Sequence record: PV754031.1
Reading direction: 5' to 3' (one strand)
DNA: 64,000 nt
Shown in pieces: positions 1-9,195 of the stretch. The stretch's first letter is position 1, and each line of letters begins with the position of its first letter. The translations under genes were made by a program, and so were the position numbers. The notes below the pieces were generated by a model, which searched no databases, was not told where the DNA came from, and saw only the letters and a program-made list of their open reading frames with translations.

Positions 1-348
1 ATTGAGTCTACCTGGTACAGAGTTGGTATCTACAGGACGAGTATTTTTTAACCAGGTATATTGAAGCATTGCTTCACGGATGGCATTAACAGTTTTAATA
101 GAGATGTATCTACTTCTATAATTCTTTACTGCTTCTAGCATGTAATATATTTCAGGAGCAAAGAATTTATAAAATGAAATACTACGACGACTAACCGTGT
201 TAAATAACTGCGTAGCTAATTTAGTGGTTCGCCAATACTTGTTAATATCTCTAATGAATGCAGCACCATCAAAACCACTGATGATAATTTCTTGATCAGT
301 TTCAGTAATTGATAGCGAGCCCATTAGCTTCCTAAATGAGTCTATCAT
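1..348 (-). CDS. 5' part of a large protein running off the left edge; probable SF2 helicase-like protein (phiKZ gp203 position)
   Basis: Manually translated open frame from ATG at 348 (MIDSFRKLMGSLSITETDQEIIISGFDGAAF...) to the window edge; AAGGA upstream. Product inferred from synteny; no helicase motifs in this fragment. Confidence 0.6.
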   Translation of the reverse strand, partial: MIDSFRKLMGSLSITETDQEIIISGFDGAAFIRDINKYWRTTKLATQLFNTVSRRSISFYKFFAPEIYYMLEAVKNYRSRYISIKTVNAIREAMLQYTWLKNTRPVDTNSVPGRLN

Positions 349-420
349 TGCATTTTTCCTTAAGGGGTATGTAAATATAATTCTAAGTCATAAGATTAGC
401 TAACGAATAAAAATACGCAC

Positions 421-617
421 AGTGCAATGATATAGAGCAAGGCAGTTTGCGTAAAACGCACTGCACTTTAAGGGGGTGATCCAGTCGTAAATAAACCGGG
501 GTACTAAAGTATCGTCAGGAACGACACGAACCCCAACTACGGTGCCTTGCTACTCACCGACCTCTAGATAGGGGTCGGACCTATTACATTAAAGGAGCCC
601 ACCAGGGGCTCCTTTAT
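421..617 (+). ncRNA. candidate structured ncRNA with its own terminator
   Basis: About 51% GC, non-coding; helices 436-444/543-551, 448-452/456-460, 498-502/530-534, 557-565/570-578; terminator at 591-615. Confidence 0.55.
591..615. terminator. intrinsic terminator hairpin (probably bidirectional)
   Basis: AAAGGAGCCC-accag-GGGCTCCTTT followed by ATG CC. Confidence 0.8.
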
Positions 618-644
618 GCCATTCATTATAAATTAATTTAAATC

Positions 645-652
645 TATATTAC
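645..652 (+). promoter_or_regulatory. phiKZ-type early promoter core TATATTAC
   Basis: AAATC-TATATTAC-A upstream of ORF 699. Confidence 0.7.
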
Positions 653-698
653 AGGATTACCATAAAGATATTTATCCTTTTATAATGAGGAAAAGATT

Positions 699-1094
699 AT
701 GTCCGATATTAATAGCACCAATGTAACAGATGAATTAGTACCTTATTTTCCATCGGCGGATGCCATTACTAGTTCTACTATTAGGGATGAAGTAATTCCT
801 AATATTTTGTTATTCTACAAGAATGCTTTTAGTGACTTCCAACACGTTAGAAATATCACAGGTACTAACCAGATTGCATCAGGTTATTTACCAGGTGTAG
901 GTTATTATTTCGAGTATAGTGTTACCGGTAATGCTAATCTTATTCCACCTGAAGCAATTAAAGTATTACGTAATGTAATCACTAAAAATGGATATAAAGA
1001 TGACATTACCATCACACCAAAAGGTTTTGGCCTAATCAATTGGTTCATTGTAAGAGTATACGTAGATGAGCAAATTAAGAAGACTACTCAATAA
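699..1094 (+). CDS. hypothetical protein
   Basis: ORF with GAGGA RBS, downstream of an early promoter. Confidence 0.8.
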   Translation: MSDINSTNVTDELVPYFPSADAITSSTIRDEVIPNILLFYKNAFSDFQHVRNITGTNQIASGYLPGVGYYFEYSVTGNANLIPPEAIKVLRNVITKNGYKDDITITPKGFGLINWFIVRVYVDEQIKKTTQ

Positions 1095-1242
1095 AGAATT
1101 AGAAAAAGAGTTAGTTAAAAAACTAGATTTTCTAGAACGTGATTTTAGAGCTATAAAAGAAGTTATCAAAACTGGAAAATATCCTGATCCTGTTAATCCG
1201 AATCGCAGACAAAGTGATTATGATTTATCTTTTAATAATTAA
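1066..1242 (+). CDS. small hypothetical protein (58 aa, not in ORF track)
   Basis: Manual translation MSKLRRLLNKELEKELVKK...; fills the gap between co-directional genes. Confidence 0.55.
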   Translation: MSKLRRLLNKELEKELVKKLDFLERDFRAIKEVIKTGKYPDPVNPNRRQSDYDLSFNN

Positions 1243-1258
1243 CCTATAAGAGGATGCT

Positions 1259-1660
1259 ATGGAAATCACATTTCCATCTGTAAAAGAAGTAATGACAACT
1301 GATCCAGCATTTATTGATTTGGTTCTGAAAAGTAAATTACTTACTATCCGTAAAGCAATGATTGATGTTATTCGAAACATTGAGAATACATCACTAGCAT
1401 CTAGTAGGCTTGTTAAACAGAAAAGCTATCCATATCAAACTACTTTCGAACTTGTATTTAACCCAAAGGTTTTTAAATGGTTTGATAAAACAGATGCTAT
1501 CAATATTAAAAATATTCTTCATGCTGAAGTAGTTAACCAGGATTGGGAGAGTATTGATATTTCTTATAATGGTAGGGATATACATGGTTTTGAAAAAGTG
1601 ACTATTGTATTAACTCCTATGAAAGATGAAGCTATTAAATATGATCTTTCAAAAGCATGA
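1259..1660 (+). CDS. hypothetical protein
   Basis: GAGGA RBS; followed by a terminator. Confidence 0.8.
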   Translation: MEITFPSVKEVMTTDPAFIDLVLKSKLLTIRKAMIDVIRNIENTSLASSRLVKQKSYPYQTTFELVFNPKVFKWFDKTDAINIKNILHAEVVNQDWESIDISYNGRDIHGFEKVTIVLTPMKDEAIKYDLSKA

Positions 1661-1676
1661 ATTAAGATAACATATA

Positions 1677-1698
1677 CCCTCCCCTTTATTGGGGAGGG
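1677..1698 (+). terminator. intrinsic terminator
   Basis: CCCTCCCC-tttatt-GGGGAGGG plus T-rich tail. Confidence 0.75.
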
Positions 1699-1902
1699 AT
1701 TATTTACTCATATGTTTAATAGAATAAGGACTCTACCTTGGAATAATGCTAATGCTCTTCACCAGAGAAAAGAGATATATAGATAGACGTATTACACATT
1801 ATCAGGTTGAGTAGTAAATTAAAACAACCAATAATACGTTATTCAATATTGAAATAGTTGTTATAAAACATTTATATTAATCTAATACAGGAAATAAAGA
1901 AA

Positions 1903-2613
1903 ATGGGTGATTATGTATATTTAGAAACTCAAGCTAAAGTAAATAATGAATGGATTGGTATCGAAGATATTGAACTAACACAGAATTATGATCTTTATGC
2001 ATATCTACTTGATATTCGCAATTATTGGGATGTAAAACCATTTGCTTACCATAATGGTGTTCCTGATGATCTGAAAAAGAAACCAGAATGGTGGAGTAGT
2101 TATGATGATGATCCACGCTGTGATGCATGGATTAGTGGTGAAGCTATTCTAAAAGGTATGAGTGAGCTTAAACCAGTTACTAAAACAGTATATATGAGTC
2201 TATATACTTATATGTCCTGGGATCGTATGTCAGAACCAGATTGCTATTCACGGTATAGCCCACGTATTGTAACAGATGAACCAAAAATTAATAAAATCTC
2301 TCAAAAACAATTACAGTATTATAAGAATTTAACTGAAAGTTTTTATTCTCTAAACCTTAAAGCTAATTATGATTGGAAGGTTATCGACGGTCGGTTACAA
2401 CGAGTCGGGCCTAAATGTGGTAAGAATCACCTACGTAATCTACGTCGAGTATCGCGTTATCTATCTTTCTGCAATGTTCCTAATGAACCTATCAAAGTAA
2501 CTTATACACTCACGGCTGATCAACAGCGAAAAGAATTTAAACCTTTTATTTATCAAGTCCGAAATGCCGTTCTTAAGTACGGTGATATCCGTCTTCTAAT
2601 GAGGGTTAGATAA
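1903..2613 (+). CDS. hypothetical phage protein
   Basis: 236-aa ORF, AGGA RBS; QNYDLYAYLLDIRN...GVPDD segment. Confidence 0.8.
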   Translation: MGDYVYLETQAKVNNEWIGIEDIELTQNYDLYAYLLDIRNYWDVKPFAYHNGVPDDLKKKPEWWSSYDDDPRCDAWISGEAILKGMSELKPVTKTVYMSLYTYMSWDRMSEPDCYSRYSPRIVTDEPKINKISQKQLQYYKNLTESFYSLNLKANYDWKVIDGRLQRVGPKCGKNHLRNLRRVSRYLSFCNVPNEPIKVTYTLTADQQRKEFKPFIYQVRNAVLKYGDIRLLMRVR

Positions 2614-3266
2614 TGGCAATGACAGCTATTGTCGGTAGTCGCTATGCCCCTACATGGGCCCTAGAATTGATGATACGCGCAGGAAGAACATTTGTTGATC
2701 TAGGTATAGGTATTTCATCAGGCGATGCATATGGATCAGATAGAGCTGGTTGGTATGGTGCAATTCAGTCTGATAAATGGGATACAGTAGAAAGTCGTAT
2801 TTACATTATTCGAAATGGATTTCTTGGAAGACGAATTGAGAATCTAGCGTGGTTTCATGATGCCTCCGTATATACTGATACCATTCCCACAGCTATGGCA
2901 ATGGCCTGTGCAGCTCGGGGAAGTTTCAATGGTTTAGGTAGAACAGGTATTGAACTACATACTCGTAATGTATTTCAAATTCATGGCCATACTTTACGTG
3001 AACCTGTTTCAACTATTATTGCATACGGTGAACAAAAGACACCAACCTCTGTAATTAGTGGTGGTACTAATACAGCGTGGCAGTTGGCATTAGATGCAAA
3101 TGTGCCAACTATGTATAACCTATACTGGTCCGATGATGTAAAGAGACTAGAAGAATGGTTAAATAAAAATGAATCTGATGAGCCATATATGCCAATTGAT
3201 TGGTCTGAAATCTTAGATCCTAGAGATAGCCGTCTACCTGAATTGATGGATGAATATAATAATTAA
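2613..3266 (+). CDS. SLOG/DprA-like Rossmann-fold nucleotide-binding protein
   Basis: AIVGSR, SSGDAYGSDRAG and SGGTNTA motifs typical of the SLOG (Smf/DprA, YspA) superfamily. Confidence 0.65.
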   Translation: MAMTAIVGSRYAPTWALELMIRAGRTFVDLGIGISSGDAYGSDRAGWYGAIQSDKWDTVESRIYIIRNGFLGRRIENLAWFHDASVYTDTIPTAMAMACAARGSFNGLGRTGIELHTRNVFQIHGHTLREPVSTIIAYGEQKTPTSVISGGTNTAWQLALDANVPTMYNLYWSDDVKRLEEWLNKNESDEPYMPIDWSEILDPRDSRLPELMDEYNN

Positions 3267-3300
3267 TTTTCTCAAATGAATTAGTTATAATAGCCAAAAT

Positions 3301-3326
3301 AAACCCTCCTCTTAGTAGGAGGGTTT
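3301..3326 (+). terminator. intrinsic terminator
   Basis: AAACCCTCCT-cttagt-AGGAGGGTTT. Confidence 0.75.
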
Positions 3327-3369
3327 ATATCGTCTCAAATTAGATTATCAATTAGAAAAGGAACATCAA

Positions 3370-4470
3370 ATGAATTATCGTAATAGCAAACTTACGTTAG
3401 TCCAGCAGAAGTGGATTGATCGTTTTATCTCCATTGCTATGGAGGTTGATAATGGCCGTGCAATTTCCAATGCATATCGCTATACTCTTAATGAACAGGG
3501 AATTAGTTCAGATAGTGAAGATCTACGTATTCACTATCCTTTTGGAGTTGATAGAAAAGAATTCATCAAAGAACAAATTTACAAACTATGTGATGAAGTT
3601 ATAAGCCCTTTAAATCTGAAAGCATTCAGAATTAGTGGTGGTTTTGCATTACTAGATGATGAAGGAATCATTGGTTTCCTAATGAATGGAATGGAAGGTA
3701 CCACTAGTCAGAACTTTAGATTATACTCCAATGAAGAACTGATCAAAGTATTTAAATTACGTTTTGAAGAAGTATTTGATCAGACTCGTCCACCTAGTAT
3801 TAAAAGAATTCGGGTTAACTATCAAAATAATGAACTATATAGCTTTAGTGAAGTTATTTCTGTTCGTAACTACAATCCAAATATGATGGAAATGTATCCA
3901 TTCCTAGATCGATCTCCAGCTGAAATCTGGACTGAATTCGCTGCATCTGAATCTAATGTTCTACTATTGATTGGTCCTCCTGGTACTGGTAAGTCTAATT
4001 ATATCAATGAGATTATTCGGGCTCGTGGTTATAATGATCGTAATGTGTATCTAGCTGATCAAGATGATGTACTTGGCCACGCCGGTTTGACTAATTTTAT
4101 TCGTGGTGTTGAGGATAATTCACTCATTATTACAGAAGACTCTGATAAAATGGTGGCTAAACGTGTAGATGGTAATAGTAATATGTCAGGGCTATTAAAT
4201 GCTACAGCTGGTCTAGTATCTACTAAGACCAAGATTATCATTTCTACTAATCTTCCGACTCTTCGTGATGTTGATGAAGCTTTAGTTCGACCTGGCCGTG
4301 CTTTCGATATTCTTACCTTCAAAACACTTACTGCTGAACAAGCGAATGCAGCTCGTTTAGCTAATGATCTAGATCCAGTTGAGTTTGTCGGTAATAATCT
4401 TACTTTAGCTGAAGCATTGAATACTAGCTCTTGCAGTACCCCGCGCAAAGCTAGTCGTGTAGGTTTCTAA
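3370..4470 (+). CDS. AAA+ ATPase
   Basis: Walker A GPPGTGKS, Walker B IITED, LLNATAG, sensor STN, ALVRPGRAF second region of homology. Confidence 0.9.
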   Translation: MNYRNSKLTLVQQKWIDRFISIAMEVDNGRAISNAYRYTLNEQGISSDSEDLRIHYPFGVDRKEFIKEQIYKLCDEVISPLNLKAFRISGGFALLDDEGIIGFLMNGMEGTTSQNFRLYSNEELIKVFKLRFEEVFDQTRPPSIKRIRVNYQNNELYSFSEVISVRNYNPNMMEMYPFLDRSPAEIWTEFAASESNVLLLIGPPGTGKSNYINEIIRARGYNDRNVYLADQDDVLGHAGLTNFIRGVEDNSLIITEDSDKMVAKRVDGNSNMSGLLNATAGLVSTKTKIIISTNLPTLRDVDEALVRPGRAFDILTFKTLTAEQANAARLANDLDPVEFVGNNLTLAEALNTSSCSTPRKASRVGF

Positions 4471-4535
4471 AGTAAAAATGTAAAACCTTTACTACGATAA
4501 CGTTCTGAATTGAGTAATCCAATTCTTGGATCGTT

Positions 4536-4970
4536 ATGAACTCGATTATACTTACGATGAGACCAACTGACATGACAGCCACCACCCAAAAGACCAAAGA
4601 TACCTGGCCTCTTAATAAACCTATCAAGGCAGTTATATTCAAGCACTCTCCTATTGATCCTATGGAACTGTACAAACAGATTCGTCGGAACTCTGGTGAA
4701 GAATATAACTTGGATAAAATCGCAAAGACAATACATAATGCAAAGACACCTGTACACTGGTCCAATCCACAGTGGCGTCCAATCGATCACCAAATGATCC
4801 TTGCCAACATCGAAATGGTTTTGGCAGAAGAAGCCCTTACTGGGAAAGAACTGGAGAATGCGTATAATCGTCTATTGCAACAAGCTTTTTTGAGCGATAT
4901 AGCTAAGCAGTTTGATTTCAAACATGCTTATTACGATACGGTTAATCTCAAAAAGAATTATTATACATAA
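4536..4970 (+). CDS. hypothetical protein
   Basis: Co-directional ORF; start uncertain. Confidence 0.7.
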   Translation: MNSIILTMRPTDMTATTQKTKDTWPLNKPIKAVIFKHSPIDPMELYKQIRRNSGEEYNLDKIAKTIHNAKTPVHWSNPQWRPIDHQMILANIEMVLAEEALTGKELENAYNRLLQQAFLSDIAKQFDFKHAYYDTVNLKKNYYT

Positions 4971-5100
4971 TGAGGTTAGTATAAATGGGCATTGACTTAT
5001 CTCCAGTATGAATATTCCAATTCCTTAAATATTCCCAAAGAGCAGTCTATGAATATCTTAGTGTTTGCTCTTTGGGGGTAATTACTCTGGAGCATCTAAT

Positions 5101-5433
5101 ATGTGTGCAATTCCTGTAATACCTGTATCAAATGACATCACTGTTATTAAACCAGGTGATACAGTTTGGTCAACAGGTGTTCTCGGTATGAAAGCATCCT
5201 GTGAGCACCCACCAGCGCTATTCTGTATACGGGGTGATGAACTTGAAGTTCTAGAAATTAGCCCTCCTACGAAATATGAGAAAAAAGCAATGTATAAGTG
5301 TCGCTTAAAAAGAGGCACTGGTCATTTCTGGATCTATCGTAGTGGGTTTACTAAAACAAAGCCATTTAATCACAATATGACTGGTTATGAGTTTTGGGAT
5401 AGTGAGAAAATTAGAGAATATGGTGGGTATTAG
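5101..5433 (+). CDS. hypothetical protein
   Basis: Track ORF 5065; ATG at 5101 preferred because GGAG precedes it. Confidence 0.7.
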   Translation: MCAIPVIPVSNDITVIKPGDTVWSTGVLGMKASCEHPPALFCIRGDELEVLEISPPTKYEKKAMYKCRLKRGTGHFWIYRSGFTKTKPFNHNMTGYEFWDSEKIREYGGY

Positions 5434-5444
5434 AGTAAAATAAA

Positions 5445-5570
5445 ATGGCTAGTGAAAATAATAAATCAGACATACAACATGATCAAGAAGAACCACCAAT
5501 TTTTAAGATGCTGTTTTTAAGTGCAGTTATAGGTGGATCATTATGGGAAATAATTAGACAGTGGTTTTAG
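5445..5570 (+). CDS. small membrane protein (41 aa, not in track)
   Basis: MASENNKSDIQHDQEEPPIFKMLFLSAVIGGSLWEIIRQWF. Confidence 0.5.
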   Translation: MASENNKSDIQHDQEEPPIFKMLFLSAVIGGSLWEIIRQWF

Positions 5571-5604
5571 CCACTGTCTTTATAATGTATTTTGAGTTAT
5601 AAAA

Positions 5605-5769
5605 ATGTCCATAGAAAAAGCCTATTCCAATTTAATAGCTTCAATTAAAACAGTTAGAAAACATTTTCCTAAATTAATTCAAGAGAAGAATTTAGATGAG
5701 GAATTACGACGGGAGTTTACGACTCCTATTCAATTCGACCCGACTAAGAAATCGGGAAACTCCTTTTGA
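5605..5769 (+). CDS. small hypothetical protein (54 aa, not in track)
   Basis: Manual translation MSIEKAYSNLIASIK... Confidence 0.45.
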   Translation: MSIEKAYSNLIASIKTVRKHFPKLIQEKNLDEELRREFTTPIQFDPTKKSGNSF

Positions 5770-5785
5770 TAACGAACAGTCAGAA

Positions 5786-5953
5786 ATGGATAAGTTAAAA
5801 CCAATCGATGACTTTTGGAAAACTAAAACAATTAAACCATCAGATGCTTATTTAGAAAGAAAGAATGAGCAACTAAAGATGATTAATCCGCATAAAGTTT
5901 ATAATCCATTCAATGAAAAAGATACGGTATTAAAACCTATTTCTAAATTATAA
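5786..5953 (+). CDS. small hypothetical protein
   Basis: 3' part of track ORF 5696 (MDKLKPIDDFWKTK...). Confidence 0.5.
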   Translation: MDKLKPIDDFWKTKTIKPSDAYLERKNEQLKMINPHKVYNPFNEKDTVLKPISKL

Positions 5954-5965
5954 AAAGGATTTACT

Positions 5966-6385
5966 ATGAAACAAGATCATCAATTCTGGCATGATAAACC
6001 ATTTTCAGAAAATGAAGTTAGGAAGAAACTTGGCGGATCGTCATTATCCAAACTAAGTACAGAACAGATTTTAGAAGAGTGGCGAACAGAACATATTGAA
6101 CGTAATACTCCTTTAAGTAAAAGGCTATATGACATTCGTAATAAAGCCATCAATGATTACTCACTTACTGATAATCAACAAGTTAATAATTTGTTGCAAT
6201 GTGCAGTGGATCAAGTCTTAGCAGATGTGATCATTATGTTAGATGGTTCAGTGCCACATAAGCAATTTCAAATTTCTGAATATGAAATTGAAATGGACAG
6301 TAAGGAATTATCGATTAAAGAACATACTCGTCCAATAACTGAAGATCTACTAAAAAATTATTTTGAATTGGTGAATGGCAAATGA
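5966..6385 (+). CDS. hypothetical protein
   Basis: AAGGA RBS, co-directional. Confidence 0.75.
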   Translation: MKQDHQFWHDKPFSENEVRKKLGGSSLSKLSTEQILEEWRTEHIERNTPLSKRLYDIRNKAINDYSLTDNQQVNNLLQCAVDQVLADVIIMLDGSVPHKQFQISEYEIEMDSKELSIKEHTRPITEDLLKNYFELVNGK

Positions 6386-6726
6386 CTGAACGTATTCATT
6401 ACTCAGATCGTAAGTTACCGCTGTGTTTTAAAGGTGTTTATGACATTCCAGTTGTAACCATCGAAAACTATTGTAAGTGGTATGGTCTTAATATTGTCTA
6501 TCCAGATGGGCGTGTTGAATGGGTTGACACTGATTTACTTGCTGAAATAGAACGGGAAAGCAAGTTCTCAGTAATGGGTGATCACAACTATCATCCAATT
6601 CTGCTGGACAAAGTAGCTGAGAAGATTGGCGGGGTGGCATGTGAGGTTGCACGTGAGTTGATGACTGGTCGTTGGGTACTAGAGGTTATGGACGGTAAAA
6701 TCCCTGGTCAAGAAAAATTCTGTTAA
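6382..6726 (+). CDS. hypothetical protein
   Basis: ATGA overlap with the upstream gene. Confidence 0.8.
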   Translation: MTERIHYSDRKLPLCFKGVYDIPVVTIENYCKWYGLNIVYPDGRVEWVDTDLLAEIERESKFSVMGDHNYHPILLDKVAEKIGGVACEVARELMTGRWVLEVMDGKIPGQEKFC

Positions 6727-6730
6727 ATGG

Positions 6731-7279
6731 ATGATTAAAATGGGTATTGATGTTTTCCCTGTAGTTACCAAACGTTCCACACGTTCTTCAGATGGTGCAC
6801 GTGTACTTAAATTCATTGACATGCATACATGCGAGGCTCTTAACTTTAGCCGTTGCTATTATCTTTGGGATTGGTTAACCGATAATAATGAGTATACCAA
6901 CCGATTCTGTCGACCGACTCTTAAAGGCTGTGGATTTGGTACACTCGTCAGTGATGACTCGCATCCAGTATGGAACAACTTTGAAGGTCGCCTTTCACAA
7001 ATTGTCAATTCCAAACAGGACAATCTAACACCGTACGCCTATTATAGTGAAGATGGTTGGTACCCACTTACAATGATCTTCAATATGGAAGACCTCTGGA
7101 ACTTCGATTATGATCAGAAGCCAACGATGTTCGATCAAGATGTTAATGGTGAAGTCATTTCGGAAAAAACCTATCGCCAGCTATTTTTGAGCAATGGTGT
7201 GGATGATGGTTATTTCAAGTTCCTGGAAGAAACTAAAAAGATGGAGTGTGTTCACTTCATCGCCCGATTCTGGGGATGA
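6731..7279 (+). CDS. hypothetical phage protein
   Basis: Co-directional, tightly packed ORF. Confidence 0.8.
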   Translation: MIKMGIDVFPVVTKRSTRSSDGARVLKFIDMHTCEALNFSRCYYLWDWLTDNNEYTNRFCRPTLKGCGFGTLVSDDSHPVWNNFEGRLSQIVNSKQDNLTPYAYYSEDGWYPLTMIFNMEDLWNFDYDQKPTMFDQDVNGEVISEKTYRQLFLSNGVDDGYFKFLEETKKMECVHFIARFWG

Positions 7280-7302
7280 TTACTTAACAGGAAAAGTTAA
7301 AA

Positions 7303-7872
7303 ATGGCTATTCTATCTGATAAAACAATCACTGACTTATCTAAAGGTCGTGAACCAATGATTACGGATTTCATTGGTCACCAGGTCCGTGAAAAAGATGG
7401 TAAAAAGATTATTAGTTATGGGCTTAGTTCATATGGGTACGATGTAAGGCTAGCCCGTAATTTTAAGATCTTTTCTAATGTAACAAGTGCAGTTATTGAC
7501 CCATTAGACCCTAGTGATGGATTCTTAGTAGATTGGACTGGTGATTATTGTATTATTCCACCTAACAGTTATATTCTTGGTCATACTGTAGAATCATTTA
7601 ATATTCCAGATGATGTCCTAGCTATTTGCACAGGTAAGTCAACCTATGCACGACTAGGCGCAATTGTTAATGTCACTCCTATTGAACCAGGTTTCAAAGG
7701 ACAAGTCGTTATTGAGATTGCGAACTGCACTACACTACCTCTAAAAATTTATGCTGATATGGGTATTGCCCAGTTTATGTTTTTTAGAGGGGATGCCCCA
7801 TGTGAAGTTAGTTATGCAAAACGTAATGGTAAATATCAAAATCAAATTGGTATCACAACAGCGAGGCTTTAA
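7303..7872 (+). CDS. dcd: dCTP deaminase
   Basis: ISYGLSSYGYDVRL, CTGKSTYARLG, NVTPIEPGFKG, YANKRNGKYQNQ-type motifs. Confidence 0.97.
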   Translation: MAILSDKTITDLSKGREPMITDFIGHQVREKDGKKIISYGLSSYGYDVRLARNFKIFSNVTSAVIDPLDPSDGFLVDWTGDYCIIPPNSYILGHTVESFNIPDDVLAICTGKSTYARLGAIVNVTPIEPGFKGQVVIEIANCTTLPLKIYADMGIAQFMFFRGDAPCEVSYAKRNGKYQNQIGITTARL

Positions 7873-7874
7873 TA

Positions 7875-8111
7875 ATGCTTAGTCCTAACCAAGAAAAGTT
7901 TGTCAGTCGGTTAACTGAAATTACAAAGGCATCTGATTCAGAACTTTGCGTGGTTAATGATACAATCTCATTTGATATTTCAACTGATAACATGCATGCT
8001 GAATTCTTTAATTTGGTTGCTGAACTGCATTTTAAGATTGTTCATATGTTTCCAATTAACCAATATAACACTCGTTATCGGGTTGTTATTCATGAACCAT
8101 TCTATCTATGA
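7875..8111 (+). CDS. hypothetical protein
   Basis: Tightly packed co-directional ORF. Confidence 0.7.
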   Translation: MLSPNQEKFVSRLTEITKASDSELCVVNDTISFDISTDNMHAEFFNLVAELHFKIVHMFPINQYNTRYRVVIHEPFYL

Positions 8112-8130
8112 TTGACCAACATAGTGGTTT

Positions 8131-8162
8131 ATACATTCAAAGCATTTTAAACAGTATATCAC
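8131..8162 (+). promoter_or_regulatory. early promoter (variant TATATCAC)
   Basis: AAAGCATTTTAAACAGTATATCACAAATGTGATA, one mismatch from the copy at 33279-33312. Confidence 0.7.
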
Positions 8163-8201
8163 AAATGTGATATAATCAACATATATAGGAGATTCTAATA
8201 C

Positions 8202-8678
8202 ATGTCACGCAATACTATTTCTTCCTGGAGTGAACTTGGTTCAATGCTGGGTGTACAGCCTAAACCTGTTCAGAAGAAACAGAAAAATCGAGCTAAGAAA
8301 AATCATGAAGCTGCGGTTCGTAAAAATTCTAGGGAAACCTTTATGGATATTGCTGCAAAACAAACTAAAGCAAGCCCTAACTTCCATAAGAACAAACAAA
8401 AAGATGTTCGTCATTGCAGTGTATGTGACAACATTAAACTAAAAGAAAATGGTATCGAAGAAGGGCGGGCCAAACCAATTGGCATGACCGAATTAGCTAA
8501 GTTCAAAGTTGAGCTAGCGAAAAATGGTCTTGAGCTATTTGGTTGTGAAGTACGTAAGCAAGAATCTTTTGCAGACGCATTTTATGGTAATAATACCATT
8601 TGTGAAGAAACTGCAAAGCTGATTAAAGCATACCAGGAAGAGTTTGATTCAGTCTTCCGCCGCGCTATTACTGCCTAA
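8202..8678 (+). CDS. basic early hypothetical protein
   Basis: AGGAG RBS, Lys-rich N-terminus, own promoter and terminator. Confidence 0.85.
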   Translation: MSRNTISSWSELGSMLGVQPKPVQKKQKNRAKKNHEAAVRKNSRETFMDIAAKQTKASPNFHKNKQKDVRHCSVCDNIKLKENGIEEGRAKPIGMTELAKFKVELAKNGLELFGCEVRKQESFADAFYGNNTICEETAKLIKAYQEEFDSVFRRAITA

Positions 8679-8684
8679 CGATAT

Positions 8685-8704
8685 AGGGGACCTTCTGGTC
8701 CCCT
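8685..8704 (+). terminator. intrinsic terminator
   Basis: AGGGGACC-ttct-GGTCCCCT. Confidence 0.7.
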
Positions 8705-8735
8705 TAGTCATTATTATTTTTTTTGGATTTTAGCT

Positions 8736-8927
8736 ATGGATGATATTGAAAAGAAAATAGCCAAAATGGAAGCTCTATTTAGGTACCATGGTATTACCGT
8801 TGATATTAACCATAAGTTGAAACCTAATGCTAAGACAAAATTAACTCGTGCGGAAATTAACCGATTACAAATACAATATGATAAGCTTTTAGCTGAACGC
8901 GAAGAAGCTTTAAAAGCAATTCCTTAA
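8736..8927 (+). CDS. small hypothetical protein
   Basis: Co-directional ORF. Confidence 0.65.
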   Translation: MDDIEKKIAKMEALFRYHGITVDINHKLKPNAKTKLTRAEINRLQIQYDKLLAEREEALKAIP

Positions 8928-8931
8928 ATTA

Positions 8932-9162
8932 TTGAGGATTTATAAAATGTTCAAGCGCGTTATGAGATATATTCGTGTTTTGAAATTAATTGTTATTTTC
9001 TATGTTAGGCGACAACTGGGTTTACACGATTATTGTACACGAAAAAATACAATTGCATTAGATCGTGAAAATAATAAACGTGTTCAAATAAATGCTATTT
9101 CTCGTAAAGTCGAAGAAGCATTATTTAAAGTTGAACTAGCTGCGATAATGAGTAAGCGGTAA
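8932..9162 (+). CDS. small basic hypothetical protein
   Basis: Co-directional ORF before a terminator. Confidence 0.55.
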   Translation: MRIYKMFKRVMRYIRVLKLIVIFYVRRQLGLHDYCTRKNTIALDRENNKRVQINAISRKVEEALFKVELAAIMSKR

Positions 9163-9173
9163 TGTTGTCATAA

Positions 9174-9195
9174 AGCCCTCCCTTCGGGGAGGGCT
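9174..9195 (+). terminator. intrinsic terminator (CCTCCC-TTCG-GGGAGG family)
   Basis: AGCCCTCCC-ttcg-GGGAGGGCT. Confidence 0.8.

Noticed and set aside
421-560. Pistol ribozyme or tmRNA identity for the 421-617 element (TAAATA and GGGGGTGA resemblance)
   Set aside because: The required P3/cleavage-site order of pistol and the tRNA-like ends and tag ORF of tmRNA are not present
4984-5080. MGIDLSPV mini-ORF resembling the start of ORF 6731 (possible pseudogene)
   Set aside because: Only 8 codons; the shifted continuation shows no convincing similarity
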